Assembly: GCA_027623675.1 (NCBI GenBank)
Contig: JAQBVF010000016.1
Span: 1-64,000, forward strand
DNA from: Chloroflexota bacterium
GTDB lineage: Bacteria > Chloroflexota > Dehalococcoidia > Lucifugimonadales > UBA3495
Reading direction: 5' to 3'
DNA length: 64,000 bases
The notes beneath the pieces were generated by a model. The model saw only the letters and a program-made list of their open reading frames with translations. It did no database searches and was not told where the DNA came from. The position numbers and the translations under genes were made by a program. Below are positions 29,295 to 38,894 of the stretch, in pieces (position 1 is the first letter of the stretch; each line of letters opens with the position of its first letter).

Positions 29295-30233
29295 ATGATT
29301 GACCCGGCCAATGGACTGGAACGGATATCCCGCGCCCTACGCCCACGCACTCTGCTGCTCCTGACGCCTTTGCTGCTGTTGTTGGTGGCGGCATGCGCCT
29401 CGGGGTCCGACGACCCCATAATCTCCGATGCGCAGGAGGCGGGTGGACCGGAATACTCGGGGATCGTCATCACCACGGATATGGCCGTGGGCCACAACCG
29501 GCTCAAGTTCGGCATCATCAACCGGGAAGGCATGCCCATACCGTCAGAGTCCGCCGAAGTCAGCGTCAACCTCCTGGTGCCCGGAGAGGACACAAGAGTG
29601 CCCAAAGACACGGCGACAGCAAGATTCATCGACTGGCCGACCTCGGTCGGCGGCGTCTTCGTGGCCGAGGTGGAATTGGACACCGCCGGGGCGTATCAGA
29701 TGGACATCAACACCACGACCAAAGATGGCGCCGCGGTCTTTGCCCAGGCCAGTTTCCAGGTCCAGGAGGAATCCAAAACGCCTGCCATCGGCTCGCCAGC
29801 CCCAGCCAGCGTCACCCTCACGGCAGCCAAGGCTGAAGACATCACCCACATCACCAGTTCACTCGAACCCGACGTAGACCTATACGAATTTTCGATCGAC
29901 GAGGCGTTGCAGCAGGACAAGCCGTTGGTGATAGTGTTCGCCACTCCGGCTTTCTGCGTGAGCGCGACCTGCGGGCCACAGGTGGGCGAACTGACCAAGG
30001 TCAAGGAGAGTCTGGGAGCACGGGCCAACTATATCCACGTGGAAGTGTTTCAAGACCCGCACCTGATCGAGGCACAAAGGCCCACCGGCGGACTGGTTCC
30101 CGCGGTTAGCGAGTGGGGTTTGCCCACCGAGCCGTGGACGTTCATCGTAGACAGCAAAGGTCTGGTGCGCGCCAAATTTGAACAGTTCACGACAGCCGAG
30201 GAGATCGAAAGGACGCTGCTGGAGATCCTCTAG
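29295..30233 (+). CDS. Lipoprotein with C-terminal thioredoxin-like domain
   Basis: Lipobox VAAC, PAIGSPAP, FATPAFCVSATCGP, EPWTFIVD. Confidence 0.75.
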   Translation: MIDPANGLERISRALRPRTLLLLTPLLLLLVAACASGSDDPIISDAQEAGGPEYSGIVITTDMAVGHNRLKFGIINREGMPIPSESAEVSVNLLVPGEDTRVPKDTATARFIDWPTSVGGVFVAEVELDTAGAYQMDINTTTKDGAAVFAQASFQVQEESKTPAIGSPAPASVTLTAAKAEDITHITSSLEPDVDLYEFSIDEALQQDKPLVIVFATPAFCVSATCGPQVGELTKVKESLGARANYIHVEVFQDPHLIEAQRPTGGLVPAVSEWGLPTEPWTFIVDSKGLVRAKFEQFTTAEEIERTLLEIL

Positions 30234-30568
30234 GGTTTTGGGGCGTCCCGGACGTCCAGCGCGATCAGGCGGTCGTACCTTTCCCGATAGGTCACCACCA
30301 CCGGTTCACCCAGCACCTGGTGCTGCCGTAGGTGAGCACCGTTGATGCCGACCGGCCCCTCGGTGATAAACTCCCAGTCCTTGCCGTCGTCCCCGCGCAC
30401 CCGTATCATCTCAATCTCGGCCAGATTGCGGTCGACTACCTCCAGCACCAAGCCCGTCACCTGCTGCTGCCCTCCGCCACACGCCGCCAGAACGAGCGCA
30501 ACGGCCATGGCGGCGATCAAGGCAACCGCCACCGTCTTGGACCTGTAGCTTCCCGCGGCCGGCGTCAT
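30230..30568 (-). CDS. Small hypothetical lipoprotein (possible OB-fold)
   Basis: Lipobox LAAC, HLRQH motif; overlaps the permease stop. Confidence 0.7.
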   Translation of the reverse strand: MTPAAGSYRSKTVAVALIAAMAVALVLAACGGGQQQVTGLVLEVVDRNLAEIEMIRVRGDDGKDWEFITEGPVGINGAHLRQHQVLGEPVVVTYRERYDRLIALDVRDAPKP

Positions 30569-31626
30569 CCGAACTTGAACACTCTAGTGGCCGCGGCCGC
30601 GGTGACCACGATCCAGGCTCCCAGCGCCGCCAGACTGGGCCAGGTCTCCCAGATCGGCACGCCATCCACGGCGACATCGCGCAGCGCCGTCAGCATGGGG
30701 GTAAGGGGCAGAGCCTGCACCACCTGGGGCATGACCCACGGCAGGGCTGCGGTGGAGAAGAATGTCCCGGCCAAGAACATCATTGGCAGGGCCACCGCGT
30801 TGCCCATGCCCGAGGCGGCAGCTGGGGTTTTGGCCCAGGCCGAGAGTATGAAGCCGATATTCAAGAAGACGATGCTGCCCAGGGCCACGATGGCAAAGAC
30901 CCACAGCAGGTTGCCGTTAACGTGCCCGCCGAACCCAAAAACACCCACGGCCAGGATTATCGCCGCTTGGACCAGGGCCAGCGCCACATGGGCCGTGATC
31001 TCCGCCGCGAAATACTTCCAAATGGGGAGGGGCGTTACCAGCAGCCGCTTCAGGATGGACTGGTTGCGGAAGGTGCTGATGCGCACGGCGATGGAGATGA
31101 TGGAGTTGGTCATGATCCCCAGGGCCAGCAGTCCCAGCAACACGTTGTCGTAATAGTCGACCTGGTCTACTTGAATCACGTCGGCGGTCAGCAGTTGGGA
31201 AGGCACGACGGGCCCGTTGGATGACTGAATCTCGGAAACCAGATTGCGGACCGCACCGTCCACCAACTGGTTCCGGTCGGGATTGCGCGTGCTGTAGACC
31301 AGAGTGACCGAAGCGGAGTCGTCGAACTTCTCCGGGATGATTATCAGATAGCCCAGGTCCCCGTCGGCGATCTTCTCCCGCGCCGCGGCCGGGTCGGTTT
31401 CCCCGGATTCCAGGTTCAGGAACTCGATCTCCCCCAGCCGCTCCAGGAACAACTCTGAACCCGGACTTTCGGACTGGTCGATAACCACCGCATCGGCCGC
31501 GCCCACGCCGTTCACCTCAAACAGGCCAAACACGACCACCAGCAGCAGGGGAAAGAACAGCGCCCAGAAGATGGCCTGCCGGTTGCGCGACATCATCTTG
31601 AGATTGGCCAGGACTAATGCGATCAA
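30565..31626 (-). CDS. ABC-2 type exporter permease
   Basis: FWALFFP, ILKRLLVTPL, FLAGTFF. Confidence 0.88.
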   Translation of the reverse strand: MIALVLANLKMMSRNRQAIFWALFFPLLLVVVFGLFEVNGVGAADAVVIDQSESPGSELFLERLGEIEFLNLESGETDPAAAREKIADGDLGYLIIIPEKFDDSASVTLVYSTRNPDRNQLVDGAVRNLVSEIQSSNGPVVPSQLLTADVIQVDQVDYYDNVLLGLLALGIMTNSIISIAVRISTFRNQSILKRLLVTPLPIWKYFAAEITAHVALALVQAAIILAVGVFGFGGHVNGNLLWVFAIVALGSIVFLNIGFILSAWAKTPAAASGMGNAVALPMMFLAGTFFSTAALPWVMPQVVQALPLTPMLTALRDVAVDGVPIWETWPSLAALGAWIVVTAAAATRVFKFG

Positions 31627-31628
31627 GG

Positions 31629-32585
31629 CTAGTCCCGCAGTTCGCTGCCGGTGAGTTCAAGAAACACGTCTTCCAACGTAACCGGGGTGATCTGAAGGTT
31701 CTCCAGGCCCAGGTCGGTCTTGGCTATCTCGTCCAGCATGGCTTTCAGCGCCGACGGAGTGTTCGCCAGGCGCAGCAGGTAGGTGTTCTCTGGCATCGCC
31801 TCTTTGCCCTTCGGCTCGGCCTGTTCGCAGGACTGAATCAGCTCGATGTTGCCGTTAAGGGCGCTCAACTGCGTAGCGGTCATGGGCTTGTCCATCGTGA
31901 GCTTCACGGTATAGCTGGCTTGCAATTGGTTGATCAGATTGCGGGGGGTGTCCAACGCCAGTATCTTGCCGTGGTCCATGATGGCCAGCCGGTCGCAAAG
32001 TACCTCGGCCTCTTCCATGTAATGGGAGGTGAGGACGACGGTGACCCCGCGCTGGTTGACCTCTCTGATCAACCCCCAAAGGTTGCGTCGCGCCTGGGGG
32101 TCCAGACCGGTGGTGGGCTCGTCGAGGATCATCAGTTCCGGGTCATTAACCAGGCTGGCCGCCACCGCGAAACGCTGCTGCTGGCCACCGGACAGCTGCC
32201 CGACTCGGCTGGCTGCCTTGTCTGAAAGGTCGACAAGCTCCAGCAGGGCCTCGGGTGCGGTCCGTTTCGGGTAGAAGCTGCCGAGCAGGGAGAGAATCTC
32301 TTTGAGGGTGAGATAGCTGTAGTAGGCGGAAGCCTGGAGCTGCACTCCGATACGGGCCTTCACCTCGGCGGCGCTGGCCTGCACATCCAGCCCCAAGACA
32401 CGGACTCGACCTTCCGATGGCTTCTGGAGGGTTTCCATAATCTCCAGAGTGGTGGTCTTGCCGGCCCCATTGGGGCCCAATATCCCAAATACCTCACCTC
32501 GTTCGACGGAAAAAGACACCCCGTCGACGGCGGTGAGGGACCCGAATCTCTTAACTAGGTTTTCAACTTGGACTGCAGACTCCAT
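31629..32585 (-). CDS. ABC exporter ATP-binding protein
   Basis: GPNGAGKTT, LSGGQQQR, DEPTTGLD, SHYMEEAE. Confidence 0.92.
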   Translation of the reverse strand: MESAVQVENLVKRFGSLTAVDGVSFSVERGEVFGILGPNGAGKTTTLEIMETLQKPSEGRVRVLGLDVQASAAEVKARIGVQLQASAYYSYLTLKEILSLLGSFYPKRTAPEALLELVDLSDKAASRVGQLSGGQQQRFAVAASLVNDPELMILDEPTTGLDPQARRNLWGLIREVNQRGVTVVLTSHYMEEAEVLCDRLAIMDHGKILALDTPRNLINQLQASYTVKLTMDKPMTATQLSALNGNIELIQSCEQAEPKGKEAMPENTYLLRLANTPSALKAMLDEIAKTDLGLENLQITPVTLEDVFLELTGSELRD

Positions 32586-32590
32586 GACAG

Positions 32591-32608
32591 CAGTGAATGA
32601 TATCACAA
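32591..32608. promoter_or_regulatory. Rex-like operator
   Basis: CAGTGAATGATATCACAA against the Rex consensus TTGTGAA-N4-TTCACAA (3 mismatches). Confidence 0.45.
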
Positions 32609-32728
32609 TCCACTATCAGATTCAGGCGATCGACCCTGGCCGAACGCCGTTGGTCCCGCCTTTCTGAGCGGTCTGGAAATCGCCCGCCCAGCACCGTCGT
32701 GACCGTGACTGGCCACGCCCAAGATTCA

Positions 32729-32757
32729 TTGACATCATTCGGGGGCTATGTTACGGT
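32729..32757 (+). promoter_or_regulatory. Sigma70-type promoter upstream of ctaA
   Basis: TTGACA, 17 bp, TACGGT with extended TGn. Confidence 0.55.
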
Positions 32758-33034
32758 TCGGGGCGCGCCGGCAGGCCGATTTCCGCCCGGATGGAACAAG
32801 GGATTTCTGGCCGGCGAAAGACTCTGTGCCGTAAACATCCGGCAAATTCTAACCCAAGCTCAGCCGGTCACGGAATCTCCCGGCAGACACTCTAGCCGGA
32901 ACCCCGAATCATGACCTCCGACCAGGACCCCAAACAATGATAAGCGGCGCCCACCTGTCGCGGCCAAGCGACGCCAGTGCGATTCACGCCATCTCATCCG
33001 CTCCAACCCTCACCGGGTTATTCCGGCCCTATTG

Positions 33035-33982
33035 ATGACCGCACAAAATCCCGGTTCTTTCCACAACTGGTTCCGGAATATCGCCGCAATCTCCGTCGCC
33101 GCCGTTTTCGCACTGGTCATAGTCGGCGGAATCGTTCGGGTCACCGGCTCCGGGCTCGGCTGCCCCGATTGGCCACGCTGCTACGGCGGAATACTGCCTC
33201 CCGCCGACACCAAAGCGATCATCGAATTCTCCCACCGGGTTACGGCATCGTTGCTGGTGGGGCCGTTGATACTGTTCCTGTTCATCGCCGCCTGGGTGAA
33301 GTACCGCCGGGAGCTCTGGATATTGGTCCCCGCGACCGTGTCCTTCGGGTTGGTCATCGCCCAAGCATTGCTGGGCCGGTCCACCGTGCTGAATGAACTG
33401 TCCGGGACCAACGTGATTGCCCACCTGGCCGTTGGCGAAGCGTTGGTGGCCGCCCTGGTTGTCTTGGCCGTGGTGGCCTTCCGTGGCCCCCTATCCCTGT
33501 CCATTCCCAGTTGGGCCGTTGGGAAGACCCGCCGGTTTCCAACCTTGGCCGTTATCGCCGGTGTGGCAGTGTTCCTGCTGCTGCTGTCCGGCTCCTACGT
33601 GACCATCACCGGGTCCACCGGCGCCTGTTTTGATTGGCCCCTGTGCCAGGGCGATCTACTCCCCGAGCACCGGTTGCAGATGATACACATGTTCCACCGC
33701 TACGTGGCCGGCTTCGTCGGACTGTTCGTGCTGTATAGCCTGCATCTTGGGTTCAGGGGCAGGACGCAGCCTTTTGAGATTCGAGTGTTGTCCATGATTG
33801 CCACCACCTTGTTCTTGGCCCAAGTGATCGCCGGAGCAGGCGCCGTGTGGACCGACTTCAGTCAGGCCCTGCGCGCTCTGCACCTGGCCATGGCCACTGC
33901 GGTCTGGATCAGCCTGTCGGCCCTAATCATCCTGACATTCTCGCAACCCGGAAGGCGCTGGAACGGTACATCCAGTGGCTGA
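33035..33982 (+). CDS. ctaA: Heme A synthase
   Basis: GSGLGCPDWPRC, IEFSHR, CFDWPLC, HMFHR. Confidence 0.9.
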   Translation: MTAQNPGSFHNWFRNIAAISVAAVFALVIVGGIVRVTGSGLGCPDWPRCYGGILPPADTKAIIEFSHRVTASLLVGPLILFLFIAAWVKYRRELWILVPATVSFGLVIAQALLGRSTVLNELSGTNVIAHLAVGEALVAALVVLAVVAFRGPLSLSIPSWAVGKTRRFPTLAVIAGVAVFLLLLSGSYVTITGSTGACFDWPLCQGDLLPEHRLQMIHMFHRYVAGFVGLFVLYSLHLGFRGRTQPFEIRVLSMIATTLFLAQVIAGAGAVWTDFSQALRALHLAMATAVWISLSALIILTFSQPGRRWNGTSSG

Positions 33983-34904
33983 GCATGCTGAGCCGATCCC
34001 CGGAGACGTTTCCCAACCGCACGAGAAGCCCGGCGGGTTGATGGGTCTGGTTAATGATTATGTAACCCTCACCAAGCCGCCCATCATCGTTCTACTGGTG
34101 ATAACCGCCATCGGTGGCATGTTCCTGGCTGCCGAGGGTGTTCCCTCACTTCGAATCTTGGCCCTGGTCTGCGCCGGAGGGGCGCTGGGCGCCGGCGGCG
34201 CCAACGCCATCAACCACTTCCTCGACCAGGACATCGACGCCGTCATGTCGCGTACGGTGTCCCGCCCGGTGGCCGGCAACCGCATCGCGCCGCTCCACGC
34301 CTTGATCTTCGGCATCCTTCTGAATGTGGGCGCCTTCTTTGTGCTCACTTATTGGGTTAACCTGCTGTCGGCGTCGCTGACACTGTCGGCGACGTTGTTC
34401 TACGTGCTGGTCTACACCGGCTGGTTGAAACGCAACACTCCGCAGAACATCGTTATCGGCGGGGCGGCGGGAGCGATACCCCCCATGGTCGGTTGGGCTG
34501 CCGTGACCGGCGGGCTGGACCTGCCAGCCCTTTATCTCTTCACGATCGTCTTCTTCTGGACTCCGCCCCATTTCTGGGCGCTGTCCCTGATGATTCAGAA
34601 TGACTACGCGGCCGCGGGCGTGCCCATGCTTCCGGTGGTGGTTGGCGAAGAGCGGACCGCACAGAACATCTTCGTCTACAGCCTGGCGTTGGTGGCATTG
34701 ACCCTGCTCTTCGGCGTGTCCGACGCGGTGGGCTTGGTCTACCTGTCCTCAGCAGCACTCTTGGGCGCCGTCTTCGTTGTCATGGCCTGGAAGCTCAAAC
34801 GGGAGCATACGGTGCGCAGGGCCAAGCCGTTGTATCTATATTCGCTGCTGTATCTGGCGCTGCTGTTTTCGGTGATGCTGGCCGACAGCGTGTACCGGTT
34901 CTAG
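33975..34904 (+). CDS. ctaB: Heme O synthase (protoheme IX farnesyltransferase)
   Basis: LTKP, DQDIDAVMSRT, NIVIGGAAGA, WTPPHFWAL. Confidence 0.93.
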   Translation: MAEHAEPIPGDVSQPHEKPGGLMGLVNDYVTLTKPPIIVLLVITAIGGMFLAAEGVPSLRILALVCAGGALGAGGANAINHFLDQDIDAVMSRTVSRPVAGNRIAPLHALIFGILLNVGAFFVLTYWVNLLSASLTLSATLFYVLVYTGWLKRNTPQNIVIGGAAGAIPPMVGWAAVTGGLDLPALYLFTIVFFWTPPHFWALSLMIQNDYAAAGVPMLPVVVGEERTAQNIFVYSLALVALTLLFGVSDAVGLVYLSSAALLGAVFVVMAWKLKREHTVRRAKPLYLYSLLYLALLFSVMLADSVYRF

Positions 34905-34952
34905 ACCCGGTCCCGGCCGCTTTGCAACGGGAATGACCCATGCCCAGATGCG

Positions 34953-35010
34953 TTGACAGGCTAATCGGGGCTGTGATAATGTCCCCCATGGTTAGTGAAA
35001 ATTCGCACAC
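34953..35010 (+). promoter_or_regulatory. Promoter of the oxidase structural genes with a downstream Rex-like site
   Basis: TTGACA (34953), 16 bp, TGn-GATAAT (to 34980); TAGTGAAAATTCGCACAC at 34993-35010. Confidence 0.55.
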
Positions 35011-35111
35011 ACACGCTCAAGTGACCGTCGATTTAAGGGCAAAACGGCCCCTAAAAATGACCAGCCGACGGCGTGATAGTTGAGTCCGCTAAAACTCTGG
35101 GGAGTCGTAAA

Positions 35112-36305
35112 ATGGGGCTGTCGCCCTTCCGGCGGGCAGGATCCCTTTCCAAGCCAGCCGCTTCCAATTCAAGTGAGCCCACGGGACGCTCAAGTAGTCT
35201 GAAGAACCGCTCGGTTATCTTTGGCCTGCTGGCGGCCCTGTTCTTGTTCGCCATCGGCTGCACCAAAGACGGCATGTCGACTTGGGATGCCTACGGGCCG
35301 GTAGCCCAGAAACAGTTGGACCTGTTCAACGTCCTGTTGTGGGTTATGGTCGCGGTATTCTTCCTGGTCGAGGGCGCGCTCCTCTACGCCATCATCCGCT
35401 ACCGCAAGCGCCCCGGTCAGCCAAAACCTCCCCAGATTCACGGCAATACCACGCTAGAAGTAACCCTGACGATCATCCCGACCATCCTGGTGCTGGGGTT
35501 GGGAATATGGTCGGTCTTCACCCTGTTTGACCTGCAAGACCCGGACCCCGATGGACCGACCCCGCTTCACGTGAACGTTACCGCCCACCAATGGTGGTTC
35601 GAGTTCGAATATCCTGACGCAGGCAACGGCAAGAAGATAATCACGGCCAATGAATTGCGCATCCCGGTTGACCGGCCCATCACCCTGCAACTGGAAAGCG
35701 ATGACGTCATACATAGCTTCTGGGTGCCCAAGTTGGCCGGCAAACTGGACATGGTGCCCACCCGTAAGAACAATATGTGGTTCCAGGCCGACTCCGATAA
35801 GATTGACGACGAATTGCCGGTGACGCTCTACGGCCAGTGCGCCGAGTTGTGCGGAATAGCCCACGCTCTGATGCGGTTCCGCGTCACGGTGATGGAACAA
35901 GCAGGGTTCGATTCCTGGGCAGCCGCCTACGGGCCGCCACCGACCAATTCGGCCAAAGCCAAGGCTGGGCAGCAACTCTTTGCCGCCAACTGCACCTTGT
36001 GCCACACCATCGACGGCCCGGACGACCCGGCCCTATCGGCCAGCAGGCTCACCGGGTTCTTGACCGGTGGTGACATAACCCCGGTCCCGGCGCCCAATCT
36101 AACCGACCTACGGACCCGCTCGACCCTGGCCGCAGGCATAATCGACCTGTCGGAAACCAGCTTGCGGGACTGGCTGCGCAACCCCGAAGACATCAAAGCC
36201 GGAAACTACATGTCAGAGAGGGCGGTGCTGTACCAGAACGGCGCGGCCAGCCTAACCGACGAAGAGATAGATGCTCTGATCGGGTATCTGTTAGACCTAC
36301 CGTAG
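35112..36305 (+). CDS. ctaC: Cytochrome c oxidase subunit II with fused cytochrome c (caa3 type)
   Basis: HQWWFEFEY, DVIHSFW, CuA motif CAELCGIAHALM, heme c motif CTLCH; lipobox-like AIGC; start uncertain. Confidence 0.92.
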   Translation: MGLSPFRRAGSLSKPAASNSSEPTGRSSSLKNRSVIFGLLAALFLFAIGCTKDGMSTWDAYGPVAQKQLDLFNVLLWVMVAVFFLVEGALLYAIIRYRKRPGQPKPPQIHGNTTLEVTLTIIPTILVLGLGIWSVFTLFDLQDPDPDGPTPLHVNVTAHQWWFEFEYPDAGNGKKIITANELRIPVDRPITLQLESDDVIHSFWVPKLAGKLDMVPTRKNNMWFQADSDKIDDELPVTLYGQCAELCGIAHALMRFRVTVMEQAGFDSWAAAYGPPPTNSAKAKAGQQLFAANCTLCHTIDGPDDPALSASRLTGFLTGGDITPVPAPNLTDLRTRSTLAAGIIDLSETSLRDWLRNPEDIKAGNYMSERAVLYQNGAASLTDEEIDALIGYLLDLP

Positions 36306-36377
36306 AACCCACCAATAGGAGCGAATGCCGCGGCGTTTCCATTGATTAACCAGTGGATCAAGCCCGGATAGCAAGCG

Positions 36378-38216
36378 ATGGCATCTATAACCGGCGTTAT
36401 ACCGCGACCAACAAGTTACGCAGGCGTATGGGGCTGGATGACAACAGTCGACCATAAGCGCATTGCCATACTCTACGGCGTAACCGCTTTCATCTTCCTT
36501 TTGATTGGCGGCTTGGAAGCCGGTGTTATCCGCATGCAGTTGGCCTCCGCGGATAACGATCTGATCGGCGCCGGCCGATTCAACGAGATGTTTACCATGC
36601 ACGCCACCACCATGGTGTTCATGGTCATCATGCCTCTGGGAGTCAGCTTCTTTAACTTTGTCATACCCTTGGCGATCGGTGCCAGGGACGTGGCATTCCC
36701 CAGACTCAATGCCCTCAGCTTCTGGATCTTCCTCTTCGGCGCGGTGCTCATGCACATGAGCTTCGTGGTGAACCAGGTCCCGGATGCCGGTTGGTTCTCT
36801 TACGCCAACCTCACCGAAAAGCCCTTTAGCCCAAACAGGGGTTTGGACTTTTGGTCAATCAGCCTCCTGGTGATGGGTGTTGCGTCAGTCGCCGGAGCCC
36901 TGAACTTCATAGTTACGATCATCAACATGCGCGCGCCCGGCATGACCTTCATGCGTATGCCGGTGTTCGTTTGGATGACCCTGATCACGTCCATACTATT
37001 GGTTCTGGCGTTCCCCGTTATCACCGTTGGTCTGATTGAGTTGACTCTGGACCGTAACTTCGGGACGCACTTCTTCATCCCAGCCGAAGGCGGCGATCCA
37101 ATCCTGTGGCAGCACTTGTTCTGGATCTTTGGCCACCCTGAAGTCTATATCTTGATCCTGCCTCCAATGGGAATCGTGTCGGAGATCCTGCCGACCTTCT
37201 CCCGAAAGCCATTGTTCGGTTACCCGTTCGTTGTTTTCTCGGGGATAGTCATCGGCATCATGGGTTGGGCGGTATGGAGCCACCATATGTTCACCGTGGG
37301 CCTTGGCCCGGTGGCGAACTCGGTGTTCACAATCACCACCATGCTGATCGCGGTGCCAACCGGCGTTAAGATCTTTAACTGGATCGGAACGCTGTGGAAG
37401 GGCGCCATCGAGTTCACGACTCCGATGTTGTTCGCCCTGGGTTTCGTGGCGCTGTTCATTATCGGCGGCCTGAGCGGTGTGTCCCACGCCGTATCGCCAT
37501 CCGACTTCCAGCAGCAGGACACTTATTACATCGTCGCCCACATCCACTACGTGCTGTTCGGCGGCTCCATGTTCGGGATATTCGCGGGGGCTTATTACTG
37601 GTTCCCCAAGATCACCGGCAGAATGATGGACGAGACGATTGGAAAGATAAACTTCTGGTTGATCTTCATCGGAATGAACCTGACGTTCTTCCCGATGCAC
37701 TTCCTAGGCCTGAACGGCATGCCCCGCCGGATCTACACCTACTCGGCAGAGCTGGGCTGGGAGAACCTCAACCGGATCGCCAGCTTCGGTTACATCGTTC
37801 TGTTCGTGGGCATCCTGGTCTTCATTTACAACATCTTGAAGGCCCGCAATTCACGGCGCGTTAGCCACGACCCTTGGGACGCCCCCGGCTTGGAGTGGAG
37901 CATCGCTTCACCGCCTCCCGCGTACAACTTCGCGGAGATTCCCCAGATCCAGGGCCGGGATCACTATTGGATCGTCAAAGAGAAGGCCGAAGCAGCCGGA
38001 ACCCCTATCACGGAGCCGGAAGCGCTGGTCGACCCGAGTTCGATTCACATGCCCAGTCCGTCATACTGGCCAATATTCACCGCTGTAGGCGTAACTCTCA
38101 TCGGTGGCGGCCTGCTTTCCCACTACGCACTCAGCTTTGTGGGCGGAGTCATCGCCATGATGGGTGTCATCGGTTGGTCCAATGAACCTGCGGCCGCACC
38201 CAGCGACCACCACTAG
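36378..38216 (+). CDS. ctaD: Cytochrome c oxidase subunit I (A1 type)
   Basis: DHKRI, FGHPEVY, WSHHM, AHIHY, GMPRR. Confidence 0.95.
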   Translation: MASITGVIPRPTSYAGVWGWMTTVDHKRIAILYGVTAFIFLLIGGLEAGVIRMQLASADNDLIGAGRFNEMFTMHATTMVFMVIMPLGVSFFNFVIPLAIGARDVAFPRLNALSFWIFLFGAVLMHMSFVVNQVPDAGWFSYANLTEKPFSPNRGLDFWSISLLVMGVASVAGALNFIVTIINMRAPGMTFMRMPVFVWMTLITSILLVLAFPVITVGLIELTLDRNFGTHFFIPAEGGDPILWQHLFWIFGHPEVYILILPPMGIVSEILPTFSRKPLFGYPFVVFSGIVIGIMGWAVWSHHMFTVGLGPVANSVFTITTMLIAVPTGVKIFNWIGTLWKGAIEFTTPMLFALGFVALFIIGGLSGVSHAVSPSDFQQQDTYYIVAHIHYVLFGGSMFGIFAGAYYWFPKITGRMMDETIGKINFWLIFIGMNLTFFPMHFLGLNGMPRRIYTYSAELGWENLNRIASFGYIVLFVGILVFIYNILKARNSRRVSHDPWDAPGLEWSIASPPPAYNFAEIPQIQGRDHYWIVKEKAEAAGTPITEPEALVDPSSIHMPSPSYWPIFTAVGVTLIGGGLLSHYALSFVGGVIAMMGVIGWSNEPAAAPSDHH

Positions 38217-38228
38217 GAGACTGAAACC

Positions 38229-38849
38229 GTGGCCCACGCTGTAGAACAAGAATATACGACAACCGGTCTGAACCACCGGAAACTCCTCATGTGGGTGTTT
38301 CTGGGGTCAGACTGTCTCTTCTTCGCATCCCTGATCGCCACCTACATGGTCTACCGTGGTCAGAGTCTGGTCGGCCCCTACCCGAACGACATCATAGATG
38401 TCCCGGTGACGACCATCAGCACCTTTGTGCTGCTGATGAGCAGCTTCGCCATGGTCCAGGCGCTGGCGGCGACCAACGCCGACAACCGCAAAGCAACGAT
38501 CAACTGGCTACTGGCGACGGCTTTACTTGGTTCCATCTTCATCGGTTTTCAGATCGTCGAATTCAACACCTTCAAGAATGAAGGCCTAACCCTGGGAGGC
38601 AACCTGTTCGGCGCCTCCTTCTTCACGCTAACCGGGTTCCACGGCGCTCACGTTACGCTGGGAATCATCTGGCTGTTGGCCCTGGCCATACTCGGGATGA
38701 AAGGCCGGATCAACTCCAAAACCGCGTTGGATGTCGAACTCTGCGGCTTGTATTGGCACTTTGTCGACATCGTCTGGATAGTCATCTTCACGCTGCTATA
38801 TCTGATCGCCGGATTCGATGTTGGCCCTGTCGCCATTCCGGGCGGTTAG
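38229..38849 (+). CDS. ctaE: Cytochrome c oxidase subunit III
   Basis: FFTLTGFHGAHV, LYWHFVDIVW. Confidence 0.93.
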   Translation: MAHAVEQEYTTTGLNHRKLLMWVFLGSDCLFFASLIATYMVYRGQSLVGPYPNDIIDVPVTTISTFVLLMSSFAMVQALAATNADNRKATINWLLATALLGSIFIGFQIVEFNTFKNEGLTLGGNLFGASFFTLTGFHGAHVTLGIIWLLALAILGMKGRINSKTALDVELCGLYWHFVDIVWIVIFTLLYLIAGFDVGPVAIPGG

Positions 38850-38894
38850 CAGAAAAATCCCTGGCCAACTCCCCAGGAGTCTCTTAGGACCGAT

